Source of the DNA: Candidatus Iainarchaeum sp.
Lineage (GTDB): Archaea > B1Sed10-29 > WALL01
Length of the DNA: 64,000 nucleotides
NCBI GenBank assembly: GCA_021162685.1
Contig: JAGGYF010000021.1
Coordinates: forward strand, 11,976-75,975
Direction of reading: 5' to 3'
Made by a program: the position numbers and the translations under genes. Below, piece after piece: positions 1 to 9,920 of this stretch. The notes beneath the pieces were generated by a model. It worked only from the letters and a program-made list of their open reading frames with translations. It was not told the DNA's origin and made no database searches. Position 1 is the first letter of the stretch. Each line of letters begins with the position of its first letter.

Positions 1-4
1 GTGT

Positions 5-844
5 TTGTATTGTGACATGGGGGTGAAACTGCAGAAGTTCAAGGAGGATAAAGAACTGATGAGGTCAATAACTAAGCCAGATGTGGATAAAACTGTTGCA
101 GAGATTGTAAGAGGAGTTGCTACGTTTAGGAGGAAAAGGGTACCCGTTTCGTTGTACCATATCTCTTTTCAGTCAGATGCACTCCGCCCTGATTTTGTGT
201 TGGAGGTTATGAAACGGCTTGAGGGGAAGGGGTATGATCTGAAAAAGTTTGAGTTTGGATGGTTTATGAGGCCAGACCAGCTCACAGATGAGAATATAAA
301 AAAGATAAAAGAGATGAGGAAAAAGGCATCTATTTCGCTTGCTGTGGGATTGGAATTCGGTAATACTGAAGAGCTAAAAGATGTAAGATTTGCAAGAGGG
401 AAGTATAGATATCCGAGAGATTTGAGGAAAAGGTTGAAGGATTTGGCAGAGAGTGGCGTATTTGTTAATGCATTCCATATCTTGACAACACCGTTAACAG
501 ATCTTGAGAAGTTGAAGAAGAATATTGAGTTTGCAGAATGGTCCTGTGAGAATTTGGATCCGCCTATTGTAGTGCAGCCATTTATAGTTCCTGCTGGGTA
601 TATGCGTGAGTTAGGATTGCCAGAGATGGAGACTGGGTTTGAGATTGATGGGAAGGAATGGATCTTTCCTAAGAGATTTCCATTCATAGCAGATGTAGAG
701 GAACTGGAAAAGATGAGAGATTATCTGAAAGAGAAAATAAAGGAGTATGGTGGAAAAACGTTGCCTGTACTTCATGCAGCAGGGATATTGTTGAAGACCA
801 TTGATAGGGAGATAGAGTTGAAGAGAGCTAAGAGAAGTAGCTAA
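5..844 (+). CDS. hypothetical protein; reading frame is open to the window edge, so probably 5'-truncated
   Basis: Long ORF with coding-like composition; no family-defining motif recognised; followed by a hairpin and T6 tract. Confidence 0.4.
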   Translation: MYCDMGVKLQKFKEDKELMRSITKPDVDKTVAEIVRGVATFRRKRVPVSLYHISFQSDALRPDFVLEVMKRLEGKGYDLKKFEFGWFMRPDQLTDENIKKIKEMRKKASISLAVGLEFGNTEELKDVRFARGKYRYPRDLRKRLKDLAESGVFVNAFHILTTPLTDLEKLKKNIEFAEWSCENLDPPIVVQPFIVPAGYMRELGLPEMETGFEIDGKEWIFPKRFPFIADVEELEKMRDYLKEKIKEYGGKTLPVLHAAGILLKTIDREIELKRAKRSS

Positions 845-846
845 TA

Positions 847-890
847 CCTGCGCGGGAGTTCCCTTCTGATCAGGTAGCGCTTTTTTGTTC
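847..890 (+). terminator. putative terminator (short hairpin plus GCGCTTTTTTGTT oligo-T)
   Basis: CCTG...CAGG and GGGA-GUU-CCC stems followed by a T6 run just after the stop at 844; archaeal terminators are oligo-T tracts. Confidence 0.3.
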
Positions 891-1092
891 CGGGTTCTGT
901 GTAAGCAAGTTCTTTTGATGGGATGTCTAGGGCGCTTGGCGTGAATCTGTTTTTACTTGGGTCTTTTTCGAGAGTGTGGGGAGTAGGTACAAGATAGATG
1001 ATATGGTCCTTTTTTCTGCCTTTGATTTAGGGGAGTTATTATCTACAGATGTTACAGAAAAGCATAATAATACAAAAGGGCATAAATGAGAC

Positions 1093-1554
1093 ATGCCTGT
1101 TTGTGAGATTTGTGGAAAGGAAACTAGACATGCAAAAATTGTGTTTATTGAGGGGAGCAAGTTAACTGTTTGTGAGAGATGTGCTGGGCATGGGAATGTG
1201 ATAAGCGACTACGGAAGAGAGAGAAAGGTTTATGTGAAAAGGCCGAGGTACAGAAAAGAGGAGAAAACATTTGATGTTGTTGCTGATTATGATAAGATTG
1301 TGAGGAGGGAGAGGGAGAAAAGGAAGTGGAAGCAGGAGGAATTAGCAAAGAAGGTAAATGAGCCAGCATCGTTGATAGAGAGGATAGAGGCTGGGAAGAC
1401 TATTCCTTCTGAGAAGGTTGCTAGGAAACTAGAAAAGGTTTTAGGAGTAACGTTATTAGAAGAAGTTCAGAATACAGTTGTTGAAATGCCTGAGGAAAAA
1501 ACGGAGGCAGTTACGTTAGGGGATATTGTGAAGATAAGAAAGAGAAAAAGTTAA
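1093..1554 (+). CDS. mbf1: archaeal MBF1-type transcription cofactor (N-terminal zinc ribbon plus C-terminal HTH_XRE)
   Basis: CEICG...CERC zinc ribbon, then a basic linker and a QEELAKKVNEPASLIERIE helix-turn-helix; size 153 aa typical. Confidence 0.75.
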   Translation: MPVCEICGKETRHAKIVFIEGSKLTVCERCAGHGNVISDYGRERKVYVKRPRYRKEEKTFDVVADYDKIVRREREKRKWKQEELAKKVNEPASLIERIEAGKTIPSEKVARKLEKVLGVTLLEEVQNTVVEMPEEKTEAVTLGDIVKIRKRKS

Positions 1555-1910
1555 GGGAAGACAACTGTTACATACTCTACGTTCTCCCCATATATTGTTA
1601 TCTGGCCTGAAACATTTCCAAGGGCACATGTAGTTGATTCCCCTGGTTCTAGTTGAGGTACAGAGCAGGAGAGCGATTCGTTTTCTGCTACGTAAAGTGT
1701 TGTTGCATCAAGGGTTTTTGTGTCTACATTTGTTATGGATATGTTTCCAGTGGTTGTATTCAGGATTGAGACATCTATTTGGACTTTCTCTGGCTCTTCC
1801 TGGGGCGGTTGAATGCTTTGGCCAGCTGCCCAGAAGTAGAGGGAAACACCAATGATTACTGCGATTGCGATGAGAAAAACTGCTGAAACAGTTTCGCTGA
1901 TGCCTCTCAT
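1551..1910 (-). CDS. archaeal type IV pilin-like protein (class III signal peptide)
   Basis: N-terminus MRGISETVSAVFLIAIAVIIGVSLYF: a short basic region, a G-I/S prepilin peptidase-like site with Glu at +5, then a hydrophobic helix. Confidence 0.55.
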   Translation of the reverse strand: MRGISETVSAVFLIAIAVIIGVSLYFWAAGQSIQPPQEEPEKVQIDVSILNTTTGNISITNVDTKTLDATTLYVAENESLSCSVPQLEPGESTTCALGNVSGQITIYGENVEYVTVVFP

Positions 1911-3064
1911 TTTTTCACCAAGTAGTAGATGGTTTGTATTGAAACAGAGATAAGTAGGTAGAAGGATTTGAAAAGTGCGTTGATGAATAGGGAAAGATCA
2001 AAGTGCATTATGTTGAGTATGTAGTTGAGGAACAGAGATGCAAAGGAAATGGTGATTCCTACAAAGAAGATGAGGACGTACAGGGAGAGGACGGAAGGCC
2101 AGTGTTTCTTCGTGAATAGAATGCTTCCTTTTATTGCCTCCTTAACGCCTTTCTTTTTTGGAAGTAACGCTGCCTGGGCGACGAAACTTATGAGGAAGAG
2201 GTATATGATTGAGAGGGTTATGGTAAAGATGGATAGAAGTGAGGTTGCGATGTTTAGGTATTGAGGAAAGTAGATGACCCATATACTTGAAAAGAAGAAT
2301 AGGATTGCGGCTGGGATGGATGCTGCGAGTATAGAGAGGAATACTGGCTTAACGTGTTTGATGCTTTTCATGAGCTCTTCCTTCTGTTTTATGTTTCGTA
2401 TGACAAAGGTAAGAGAGATGGAAAGGAAGATGAGGGAGAAAATAATTAGGAGTAAGCTGTATAATGGACTTGTTGTATCTATGTATTCTGCTGTGAGTAT
2501 TGGGATGAGTGTAAAGAGGAAAACTGGGAGATATAGTCGTAGTGAGAGGTTTTGTTTTGATTTTGAGAATGCTTTAAGGATTTCAGACTTCCCTGTTCCG
2601 AGGATAAATGTACATATGGCTCCGCCTAGTGCGCCTGCGTATCCAAGAGATCCTGTGAGGATTACAAAGAGGAAGAAGAGCTCCTGGATAATCTGATAGG
2701 ACTGAGCAGTGTTTGAGAAGAGGACTGTGAGGAATTGCGTTGAGAGCGACATAAGGAGTACCAAAATAAATACAAGGATGAGTGATGCAGTTATGCCAGA
2801 GAAGAGTCCAGAAAGCGTGCCGCGTTCAAGGCGGGATTTCAATTGCTTTGTTGCGAAATAGGAGGAGATGAACCCACCTATAAGTGAAGAACCGATGCCG
2901 CCTACAAGGTATAAAAAGAGTAGCATGCCAGCGAGTTCTTCCTGTGTGAATGTTGTTTCAGAGAGGAGGGGTTGCATAAAGAGCATTGAGAGGCCAAATA
3001 GGGCTGCTGTTATAATACCTCCTACAATTGCTGGTGGGATGAGTTCCCTGAGTTTTACTGCCAT
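1907..3064 (-). CDS. polytopic integral membrane protein, function unknown
   Basis: About 10 hydrophobic helices; start overlaps the pilin-like gene stop by 4 nt (operon-like). Confidence 0.5.
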   Translation of the reverse strand: MAVKLRELIPPAIVGGIITAALFGLSMLFMQPLLSETTFTQEELAGMLLFLYLVGGIGSSLIGGFISSYFATKQLKSRLERGTLSGLFSGITASLILVFILVLLMSLSTQFLTVLFSNTAQSYQIIQELFFLFVILTGSLGYAGALGGAICTFILGTGKSEILKAFSKSKQNLSLRLYLPVFLFTLIPILTAEYIDTTSPLYSLLLIIFSLIFLSISLTFVIRNIKQKEELMKSIKHVKPVFLSILAASIPAAILFFFSSIWVIYFPQYLNIATSLLSIFTITLSIIYLFLISFVAQAALLPKKKGVKEAIKGSILFTKKHWPSVLSLYVLIFFVGITISFASLFLNYILNIMHFDLSLFINALFKSFYLLISVSIQTIYYLVKK

Positions 3065-3356
3065 ACGATCACATATGGAATAAGGGAAAGAGGATATAAA
3101 AACTTATGCGAAACGCTCCTCACGGATCTTTCGCCTTTTCTTTATAATGTCCTTGTAGTAGTCTTTGCCCTTTTGGGTGAGATGGACATTTTTCTCTATC
3201 CTGATAAGGTTCTCTTTTTCAAGGTTAGAAAGAACATTGCTCCAGAGCTGTATCTGTTTTTGTTTTATTGGTTCGTATGCCTGCATTAGATTGTAGTATT
3301 ATCCTCATTTGTTGCAATGTGTTCAGAAGTGAAAAGAATGTTCTTCATGATCTTGT

Positions 3357-3833
3357 TTATGTGCTTTGCGTCTTCTGGATGGAAAAGATGGGGAGAGGCA
3401 CAGGAAGTATGTCAATATGGATCTTTCCTTTTTCAAACTCCTTCACCAGATCCTTATTCCTATTTGCTATGTTGTGCTCCTTCATTAGTTTACTGTAAAG
3501 ACGGTTCCATTGCCTTGCATGCTTTCCACATTGTGTTTCAAAGTCGCGGTATACTCTCAAAAGGAAATTTCCATCTATTGTTTGAGGATGGTCATCTGAG
3601 GAGTATACAAGGAGTAGGTCTATATCTGGTAATATTCCGCTTTTCTCTGGGGGTGGTGAATGCTCTATCCTATGGATAACGTCATAGTCACCATAAAAGG
3701 GATAGCCCAATCCGAATACGCCAATCACAAAAGGAAGTTCTGAGAAAAGTTTCCCAATAGTCTTTGCTTGTTCAAGTGCTTTTTTGTATGGCCGTGACCT
3801 GTAATACTCCTTTACCTTTTCCTTCAAATCCAT
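3357..3833 (-). CDS. hypothetical protein
   Basis: ORF only; divergent from the S2P protease gene. Confidence 0.35.
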   Translation of the reverse strand: MDLKEKVKEYYRSRPYKKALEQAKTIGKLFSELPFVIGVFGLGYPFYGDYDVIHRIEHSPPPEKSGILPDIDLLLVYSSDDHPQTIDGNFLLRVYRDFETQCGKHARQWNRLYSKLMKEHNIANRNKDLVKEFEKGKIHIDILPVPLPIFSIQKTQST

Positions 3834-3883
3834 ATATGTATTTTCTCAAAAGTTATTTAAATGTTGATGTGATAACTGTTAGC

Positions 3884-5218
3884 ATGATTACTACCACACT
3901 CGTAGAATTGCTTTTCTGGGCATTGGTTCAAGGTGTAATAGTAGGAGTGATTATAAAGAAAGTATATAAAAGGGTGGAGCTTGCAGGTCCTTTACTGCTT
4001 TTCAAATCAAAAAAAGGATTGAGATGGATTGAACGGCAGAGCAAGCGTTTTAAGAGGTTTTGGCCAGTATATGGAAGTTTTGGCATTATATTGGCATTTG
4101 GTTTTGCTGGTGCAATGTATGTCTTCAGAAAGAAAGTGCTGTGGAAGAGAATTGTTTTAAGTTCATTGGCAAGTTTGTTTTTGGTCGCGCCATACATCTC
4201 AAGTATTATTTTATTTGGTGCAAAAGAGGTAATCCATTTAGATTCAACCCTCTTCCTCATGCTACTAAACTTTGCTTTTGGTTTCTCTATCTCAACGTTT
4301 TATCTGTTGCTCTCCCAGGCAGTTACAATAGTACATAACTATATAGTGCAAGCACCAGTAGTTGCAATGGTGGGGCCCGCTCTTCCTGGCATAAATGTAC
4401 AGGGGAGCCCGATACAGGGTATTCCCTGGTATGGATGGTTTGCATTTCCTATTCTGATTGTAGTCCATGAGTTCTCCCATGGAATCCTAGCAAGGTTTCA
4501 CAAGTTTAGGGTAAAGGCTACAGGTTTAGTTATGCTTGGTTTACTCCCGCTTGGCGCATTTGTAGAACCAGATGAAAAACAACTAAGCAGAGGTGCTGTA
4601 CAAAAGAGGCTGCACGTCTTCTCTGTGGGAAGCACTGCAAACTATCTAACTTCTGTAGTAGTTACCCTCCTCTTGTTCTCTGCCCTGTATGGCATGAATG
4701 CAACTGGAATCTACGAGGAATACGAAAAGTACCTGGACCATCCGATGGTTACAGTGGTTTCTCCAGACAGTGACGCAGTTGGAAAACTGGAGCCAGGAAT
4801 GAAGATCCTCTCTGTAAATGGAAATGAAACAAAAACAGTCCTTGATATAAACAAGGCCACAGAGTCAGTTGGGCCTGGAAACATAGCAGTTATTGAAACA
4901 GACAAAGGAACATTCAATATAACATTGAACAAGGATGCGAAGATAGGGATAAGACTGGAACAGACGTATAAACCACTGCCTTTGCACCTAAGTGTTATAC
5001 AAGGAATAATAAGCTTTTTGGGACTGGTTGCCTTTTTCAATCTCGTTGTTGGGATCATGAATCTCTTGCCTGCATACCCTCTTGACGGAGGATATATGCT
5101 GCAGGGGTTACTAGAGAACAAGGTAAAAAAGAAGACAGCCAGGAAATTTGTGAAATTTTTGAGTATATTTATACTAGCTTTGTTTATAGTGAACATCCTT
5201 CCGTTGATTTTTAGGTAG
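3884..5218 (+). CDS. site-2 protease family (M50) membrane zinc metalloprotease with PDZ domain
   Basis: HEFSHG (HExxH) within a TM helix, a PDZ-like middle region, and C-terminal LPAYPLDGG (LDG motif). Internal ATG at 3884 chosen because the 3764 start overlaps the upstream antisense gene. Confidence 0.8.
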   Translation: MITTTLVELLFWALVQGVIVGVIIKKVYKRVELAGPLLLFKSKKGLRWIERQSKRFKRFWPVYGSFGIILAFGFAGAMYVFRKKVLWKRIVLSSLASLFLVAPYISSIILFGAKEVIHLDSTLFLMLLNFAFGFSISTFYLLLSQAVTIVHNYIVQAPVVAMVGPALPGINVQGSPIQGIPWYGWFAFPILIVVHEFSHGILARFHKFRVKATGLVMLGLLPLGAFVEPDEKQLSRGAVQKRLHVFSVGSTANYLTSVVVTLLLFSALYGMNATGIYEEYEKYLDHPMVTVVSPDSDAVGKLEPGMKILSVNGNETKTVLDINKATESVGPGNIAVIETDKGTFNITLNKDAKIGIRLEQTYKPLPLHLSVIQGIISFLGLVAFFNLVVGIMNLLPAYPLDGGYMLQGLLENKVKKKTARKFVKFLSIFILALFIVNILPLIFR

Positions 5219-5223
5219 CCCTC

Positions 5224-6519
5224 TCAAATTTGTGTGTTTATTAACCACTTCCATAGTGGAACAAATCTAACCTTCTTCCTATTAATAATTTCTTCTGATT
5301 CATAATCGTCTGTGATAACAAGGAGATTTTTACATTTTAACTCTGTACTTGCCTTTAAGAGGCCCTTTATCTCCCTGCTTTCCACATCTTCCTTTGAAGA
5401 TGCAGATGTTACTTGGATAAGTTGCTTGACTGTTCTGCCGAGTGTCACTACAAAATCAACTTCATGCTGCTTATAATCTCTCCAATAATACAGAGCAAGG
5501 TCACTATTCCAATAACTTCTTTTCCTCATAAGCTCAACTGCAACAATGTTCTCCATCAGTCTCCCCCTATTTTTGGAAAATCTGAAACCGAGGGCGTTGA
5601 AAAATCCAGAATCAATGCAGTACACCTTCTTTACACTCAATAGCTGTTGCTTAAGAGAATAACTAAACTTCGGAACAAAAAAGAAAAGTCTTGCAGTATT
5701 AAAGTAGCGTGAAAATCGCTCAACAGAATCTAGCGAAAGATTAACAACATGCTTCAACTTGTTGTATGATTGCATTGTTGATATATGCGAAAGGTAGAGA
5801 TGGGCAAGATTTTCTGCTTTTGCTATTTCTTTTATCTCAAAACGTTTTACAATATCTTTTATGATAATATCATTAAAATACTCACGAAGAAGTGTTGTCT
5901 TTTCTCTTTTATCTTTTAGCAAGAAAACTTTCGGAAAGCCACCAAACATTATATACTTTTCTAATGTCCTGAGGAGTTTTATTCTCTTAGTGTATACATC
6001 AATTGCAGTGGGGTCTATCCCGTTCCACATCAACGCTTCTCTGAAACTCAAAGGGAACAACTCAAAGTCTTTATGTCTTCCAGTAAGAACTGTTGCATAC
6101 TCCTCACTCATGAGTTTTGAAGAAGAACCTGTCACGACTACATCAATGTTTTTTGCGTCAAGATATAGGCGTGCTGTTTTTTCCCAACCATCAATATTTT
6201 GTACCTCATCCAAAACAAGAAGTCGGGGGAGCCCTTCATTTATATGTTTTTGATATATCTCTACAATCTTTATAATGTCTTCTGATGTGCATTGCTTAAG
6301 CCTTGGGTCCTCAAAATTTATTATCAATGATTGTTTTTTTGGGAATGCAGAAGCTAACATGTATGCTAATGTACTTTTACCAGACCGCCTTATGCCCTTT
6401 ATAACAAGTATTGTGCCTTTCGTTGGCTTTGGGACACTCTCCCTTTTCTTTGCCTTCTGTTCAAAATTACCCCATAGATTCCAATCAACAAGTGCCTCTA
6501 GTATCGTTGACTCGTTCAT
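5224..6519 (-). CDS. AAA+ superfamily ATPase, COG1373/DUF4143 family
   Basis: Walker A GIRRSGKST, Walker B LLVLDEV, and the C-terminal DUF4143-like region typical of this archaeal family. Confidence 0.75.
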   Translation of the reverse strand: MNESTILEALVDWNLWGNFEQKAKKRESVPKPTKGTILVIKGIRRSGKSTLAYMLASAFPKKQSLIINFEDPRLKQCTSEDIIKIVEIYQKHINEGLPRLLVLDEVQNIDGWEKTARLYLDAKNIDVVVTGSSSKLMSEEYATVLTGRHKDFELFPLSFREALMWNGIDPTAIDVYTKRIKLLRTLEKYIMFGGFPKVFLLKDKREKTTLLREYFNDIIIKDIVKRFEIKEIAKAENLAHLYLSHISTMQSYNKLKHVVNLSLDSVERFSRYFNTARLFFFVPKFSYSLKQQLLSVKKVYCIDSGFFNALGFRFSKNRGRLMENIVAVELMRKRSYWNSDLALYYWRDYKQHEVDFVVTLGRTVKQLIQVTSASSKEDVESREIKGLLKASTELKCKNLLVITDDYESEEIINRKKVRFVPLWKWLINTQI

Positions 6520-6608
6520 AGCATTGTTTATGTGGGAGGATATTTATAAGTCTATCGGTAAGTTTTTGTAAAAAGCTACCGATGTCGTATATAATATCGC
6601 TACTCACC

Positions 6609-6977
6609 CTACGAACCGGACCTCTCAAATGCCTCCCAGCCAATAAACAGAACAACTGCTGATACAAAGAATGCAGGGATAACCAGGGACATGCCTATAT
6701 TCTTGATCACCATTATTACCACTATCAACAGCCCGCCAATGCCAGGCACAATATTCAGAAACCTATCAAATGGCTTCCATGTCTTGCACTTCTCTTTGCA
6801 TCCATTGTATCCTATCTTAAACCCAACACTCCCCAGAATAATTGAGCCTATGGCTGTTATTAGTGGTGTGTAGTATTCAAAAGGAATGCCAAAGTAGTTG
6901 AAGGAATATGCTATTGAGATCCCTATGCCTGCAAGGATGAACGCATACATGATGCCAAACATAACAGCCTTGTGCAT
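6609..6977 (-). CDS. small integral membrane protein
   Basis: Four predicted TM helices; ORF only. Confidence 0.4.
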   Translation of the reverse strand: MHKAVMFGIMYAFILAGIGISIAYSFNYFGIPFEYYTPLITAIGSIILGSVGFKIGYNGCKEKCKTWKPFDRFLNIVPGIGGLLIVVIMVIKNIGMSLVIPAFFVSAVVLFIGWEAFERSGS

Positions 6978-7205
6978 CTATATCACAATCTTTGTCGGTG
7001 CTTTCAGCACAATTTTCCTTGGTTTCTGCACAGGCCCTGGTGTTGAGTATGTAGCTACTGTGCTCTCATTTAAACACCCGATACCTTTTTGGTAGCCAAC
7101 ATCTGCAAATGCAAGGAATGAAATTATGGAACATATAAGAAAAGCTGCGGGAATTGATACAAAGCCGGCACTATGAAATAAAAAGATAAAACCCAAAAAT
7201 AGGTC

Positions 7206-8294
7206 ATGGTGTTTGTTAGAAAAGAGAAAGTGAAAGGCCACGAGTACCTATACCTTGTCAAGAGCCTGTGGGTTGAAGGAAAAGGACCGCGACAGAAGAC
7301 TATAAAATATTTGGGCAAAGCAGATTCCGACAGCCAGCTGCTGGCAGGGTTTCCTAGTAAGCAGTATTACGAAAAAGTAGCACAAGAAACAGGATTTAGA
7401 CTGGACAAGTTGGAGATCGTCTATAGGATAAACAACCTTCTTTATGAGATGAACAAGAGAGGCGTTATGAGCAAGTTTGTTATGAGAGGAGGAACAGCGT
7501 TGAATCTTATCTACTTTAACATTCCTAGGTTATCTGTTGATATTGATCTAAACTACATTGGGCACTTGGATAGAGAGAAGGCAATTAAAGATAAAGAGGT
7601 GATCAGAAAGAAGTTGTTCGAAATCGGAAGATCGCTTGGTTACGAACCCAAGTTAGCGAAAACCTATTCACAGGATAGATTTGAGTTTTACTACAAGAAC
7701 ATTTATGGTCAAAAAGCACACATCAAGGTTGAAGTTAATTATATGAACAGAGTGCCTGTTCTTCCTGTCAAAAGGAGAGTGTTGACAACACCGTTTAAAG
7801 ATGCACCAAAAGCAAGAGTGAAGGTATATTGTCCAGAGGAACTTTTTGGTTCAAAGCTTGCAGCACTTGTGGATCGTGCGTACCCAAGGGATATATTTGA
7901 CGCATATCTTCTCAGCAAAAGCATAAGAAGGTTTGACGCAAGACTCATAAGAAAGTGTTTTGTGTTCTATGCAAGCCTGAGGAAGAACTATCCTGAATGG
8001 AATAGAAAGATAACACTTACAGAGCGGTCGTATTCAAATTATGTGAAACCTCTTCTTGGTGCCCAGAAGCCAAGACGTGTCGATGTTGTCAATGGAGCAC
8101 AGAAGGTTCTAAACAAAATACTTATGCTTACTAAGGGCGAAAGGGAATATATACGCAACCTTTGGGCAGGCAAATGCGTTCCATCACTTCTCTTTAGGAG
8201 GGGAGAGGCCAACAGGAACTTGATGCTACACCCAACTGTGCTCCAAGTTATTCATTATGTGGATAAAGGGCGTAAATCTCGTTCGGGACAATAA
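7206..8294 (+). CDS. nucleotidyltransferase of AbiEii/DUF1814 (type IV toxin) family with a ~40 aa N-terminal extension
   Basis: MRGGTALNLIY...RLSVDIDLNY matches the GGTAL / S.DiD nucleotidyltransferase core of AbiEii-like proteins. Confidence 0.6.
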   Translation: MVFVRKEKVKGHEYLYLVKSLWVEGKGPRQKTIKYLGKADSDSQLLAGFPSKQYYEKVAQETGFRLDKLEIVYRINNLLYEMNKRGVMSKFVMRGGTALNLIYFNIPRLSVDIDLNYIGHLDREKAIKDKEVIRKKLFEIGRSLGYEPKLAKTYSQDRFEFYYKNIYGQKAHIKVEVNYMNRVPVLPVKRRVLTTPFKDAPKARVKVYCPEELFGSKLAALVDRAYPRDIFDAYLLSKSIRRFDARLIRKCFVFYASLRKNYPEWNRKITLTERSYSNYVKPLLGAQKPRRVDVVNGAQKVLNKILMLTKGEREYIRNLWAGKCVPSLLFRRGEANRNLMLHPTVLQVIHYVDKGRKSRSGQ

Positions 8295-9105
8295 GGTTCC
8301 ACTCCTCGGCATACACGCCCCTCCTCACATCCCTGTCAAGATAAAACACCTTTTCAGTTTCTAGGGAATTCTTGAGGCGCTCAATGTCCCTACTTCTAAT
8401 TCTCCCGAGCCTAGACACCCCAGTAGATTGGTACTTTAGGACAGTAAGGAAAAAACCAACTTTGGCATTAAGACTCATGTTCTTGTGTTTTAGCGCATAC
8501 TCTACAACTGTTTTGCTGTCCAAACCAGTAAAGGAGAGTATGGAGCGTGCGAACTCCCCCACACCACCAGCATACTTCAGGCGCTCAATACAGTCAACAA
8601 ATGTTACCTCCTTGGTTGATGTGCAGATGCGCATACCCTCCCTATCATAGTACTCAAACTCCCCCCACCGCGCAGAGGGGGCAACCCTCTTGAACAAGAT
8701 TCCACTATATTCAAGTTGTCTGAAGGGAACCTCACTTGTTATGTACACAAGATTGAAGACTGATGTTGCACCCCCGTGCAACTCAAGCGCAGAGTGATGT
8801 GAAACGTAGCAGTACCCACCAATCTTGTTCATAAGGCCTTGGGCAACATGAAACTTGTCCGCAATGAACTCCTTTCCAACATATCTGTAGGGGACAAGTG
8901 CGTAGAGGCCAGCCCCCACCCTCTTGATGAGCCCTTTCTTTCTCAGGGACTGGACAGCATTTGTAGCTTTTCTGTATACTTTTGTTTTTGGCATTCCTCT
9001 GCAGTGCTTGCCTACAAGCTCCCTGACCACAGAGAAATCAAACACCCACATCCCGTCCCAGAGCAGGCTTTTGTACACATTATCTGCAATGCCCATTTCT
9101 ACCAC
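8248..9105 (-). CDS. AbiEi-like antitoxin / winged-helix transcriptional regulator
   Basis: N-terminal wHTH ending in LIKRVGAGLYALVP, and a C-terminal YCYVSHHSALELHGG motif characteristic of AbiEi antitoxin domains. Confidence 0.55.
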   Translation of the reverse strand: MVEMGIADNVYKSLLWDGMWVFDFSVVRELVGKHCRGMPKTKVYRKATNAVQSLRKKGLIKRVGAGLYALVPYRYVGKEFIADKFHVAQGLMNKIGGYCYVSHHSALELHGGATSVFNLVYITSEVPFRQLEYSGILFKRVAPSARWGEFEYYDREGMRICTSTKEVTFVDCIERLKYAGGVGEFARSILSFTGLDSKTVVEYALKHKNMSLNAKVGFFLTVLKYQSTGVSRLGRIRSRDIERLKNSLETEKVFYLDRDVRRGVYAEEWNLIVPNEIYALYPHNE

Positions 9106-9434
9106 TTTTTATAAAATTTACTTATAATTTTAAGTAAAATAGATATAAAAAGGTAACTGAATTCAAGGGGTTTTCGTAATAGAACTGCTCTGATGGGTCT
9201 GGCGTTCGTAATGATAGTAAAGGCAATACGTGAGGTGAAACTGTGGGCACACTGACTACAATACTGTTTCTGACTATAACGGGAATGATATGCTACAACT
9301 TTTTGTTCGGTCTGAATGAAATAGCGATGTTCTATATGGTCTGGCTCTTGTTCCCATGTTCTTCTTGGGGGGAAGGGGTGATCCTCTTTTTTGGCTCCAG
9401 TTATTCACCAACCAAGAGCAGAGCCGTACTGTTT

Positions 9435-9920
9435 TTGTAGTGTAAGATTTTATAAACGCTTATATATGCGGAGTCGCGGTGTAGTGTATCAAAAAAATTC
9501 CTAGTTTTTGAAGCAGAGTTTTTCTGTTTGTCTTCTTGGATACATATCAGATGTCCTGTCTCCCATTTCTGTGCGATTCGCGTAGAGAATGTTTTTCACG
9601 AAAACAAAAATTACGTATCCCCGAAAATTTTCGCTTGTAGTGTAAGATTTGGAAAAAGCACCCCGAATTTGGTGGTTAACCTACATCAGGGTTCAAGTTA
9701 ACCTACATCTGAAGAATTGTCGGAAAAAAGAAAAAAATTTGGGGAGACGTTTTCCAAGTTTTCCAGAAAAGAGGATTTTTTCGGCGTTACAAATTTTTTC
9801 GGGGAAATGCATTCGTCCGTTTTTTTGTCCCGGCATTACGTACGCTCGGTTTTTGTGCGGTCTCCACTTGGGAAAGAGGGCACAATCACAGACCATTACA
9901 ATAGAGATTTTAGTTAACCT
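9435..9920. repeat. direct-repeat cluster in a ~1 kb non-coding region (TGTAGTGTAAGATTT x2; GTTAACCTACAT x3, two in 19-bp tandem)
   Basis: Exact repeats read directly at 9438/9636 and at 9675/9694/9905; no credible ORF in 9110-10150. Confidence 0.5.

Noticed and set aside
3764-3883. Upstream start of the S2P protease ORF (MLVQVLFCMAV...)
   Set aside because: Overlaps the 3' part of the divergent gene 3357-3833 and adds a non-hydrophobic, non-conserved extension; the internal ATG at 3884, directly followed by the first TM helix, is preferred.
9180-9290. Possible C/D box sRNA (CUGAUGG ... AUGAUAG ... CUGA)
   Set aside because: Box spacing and sequences do not fit the C-D'-C'-D arrangement; no terminal stem.
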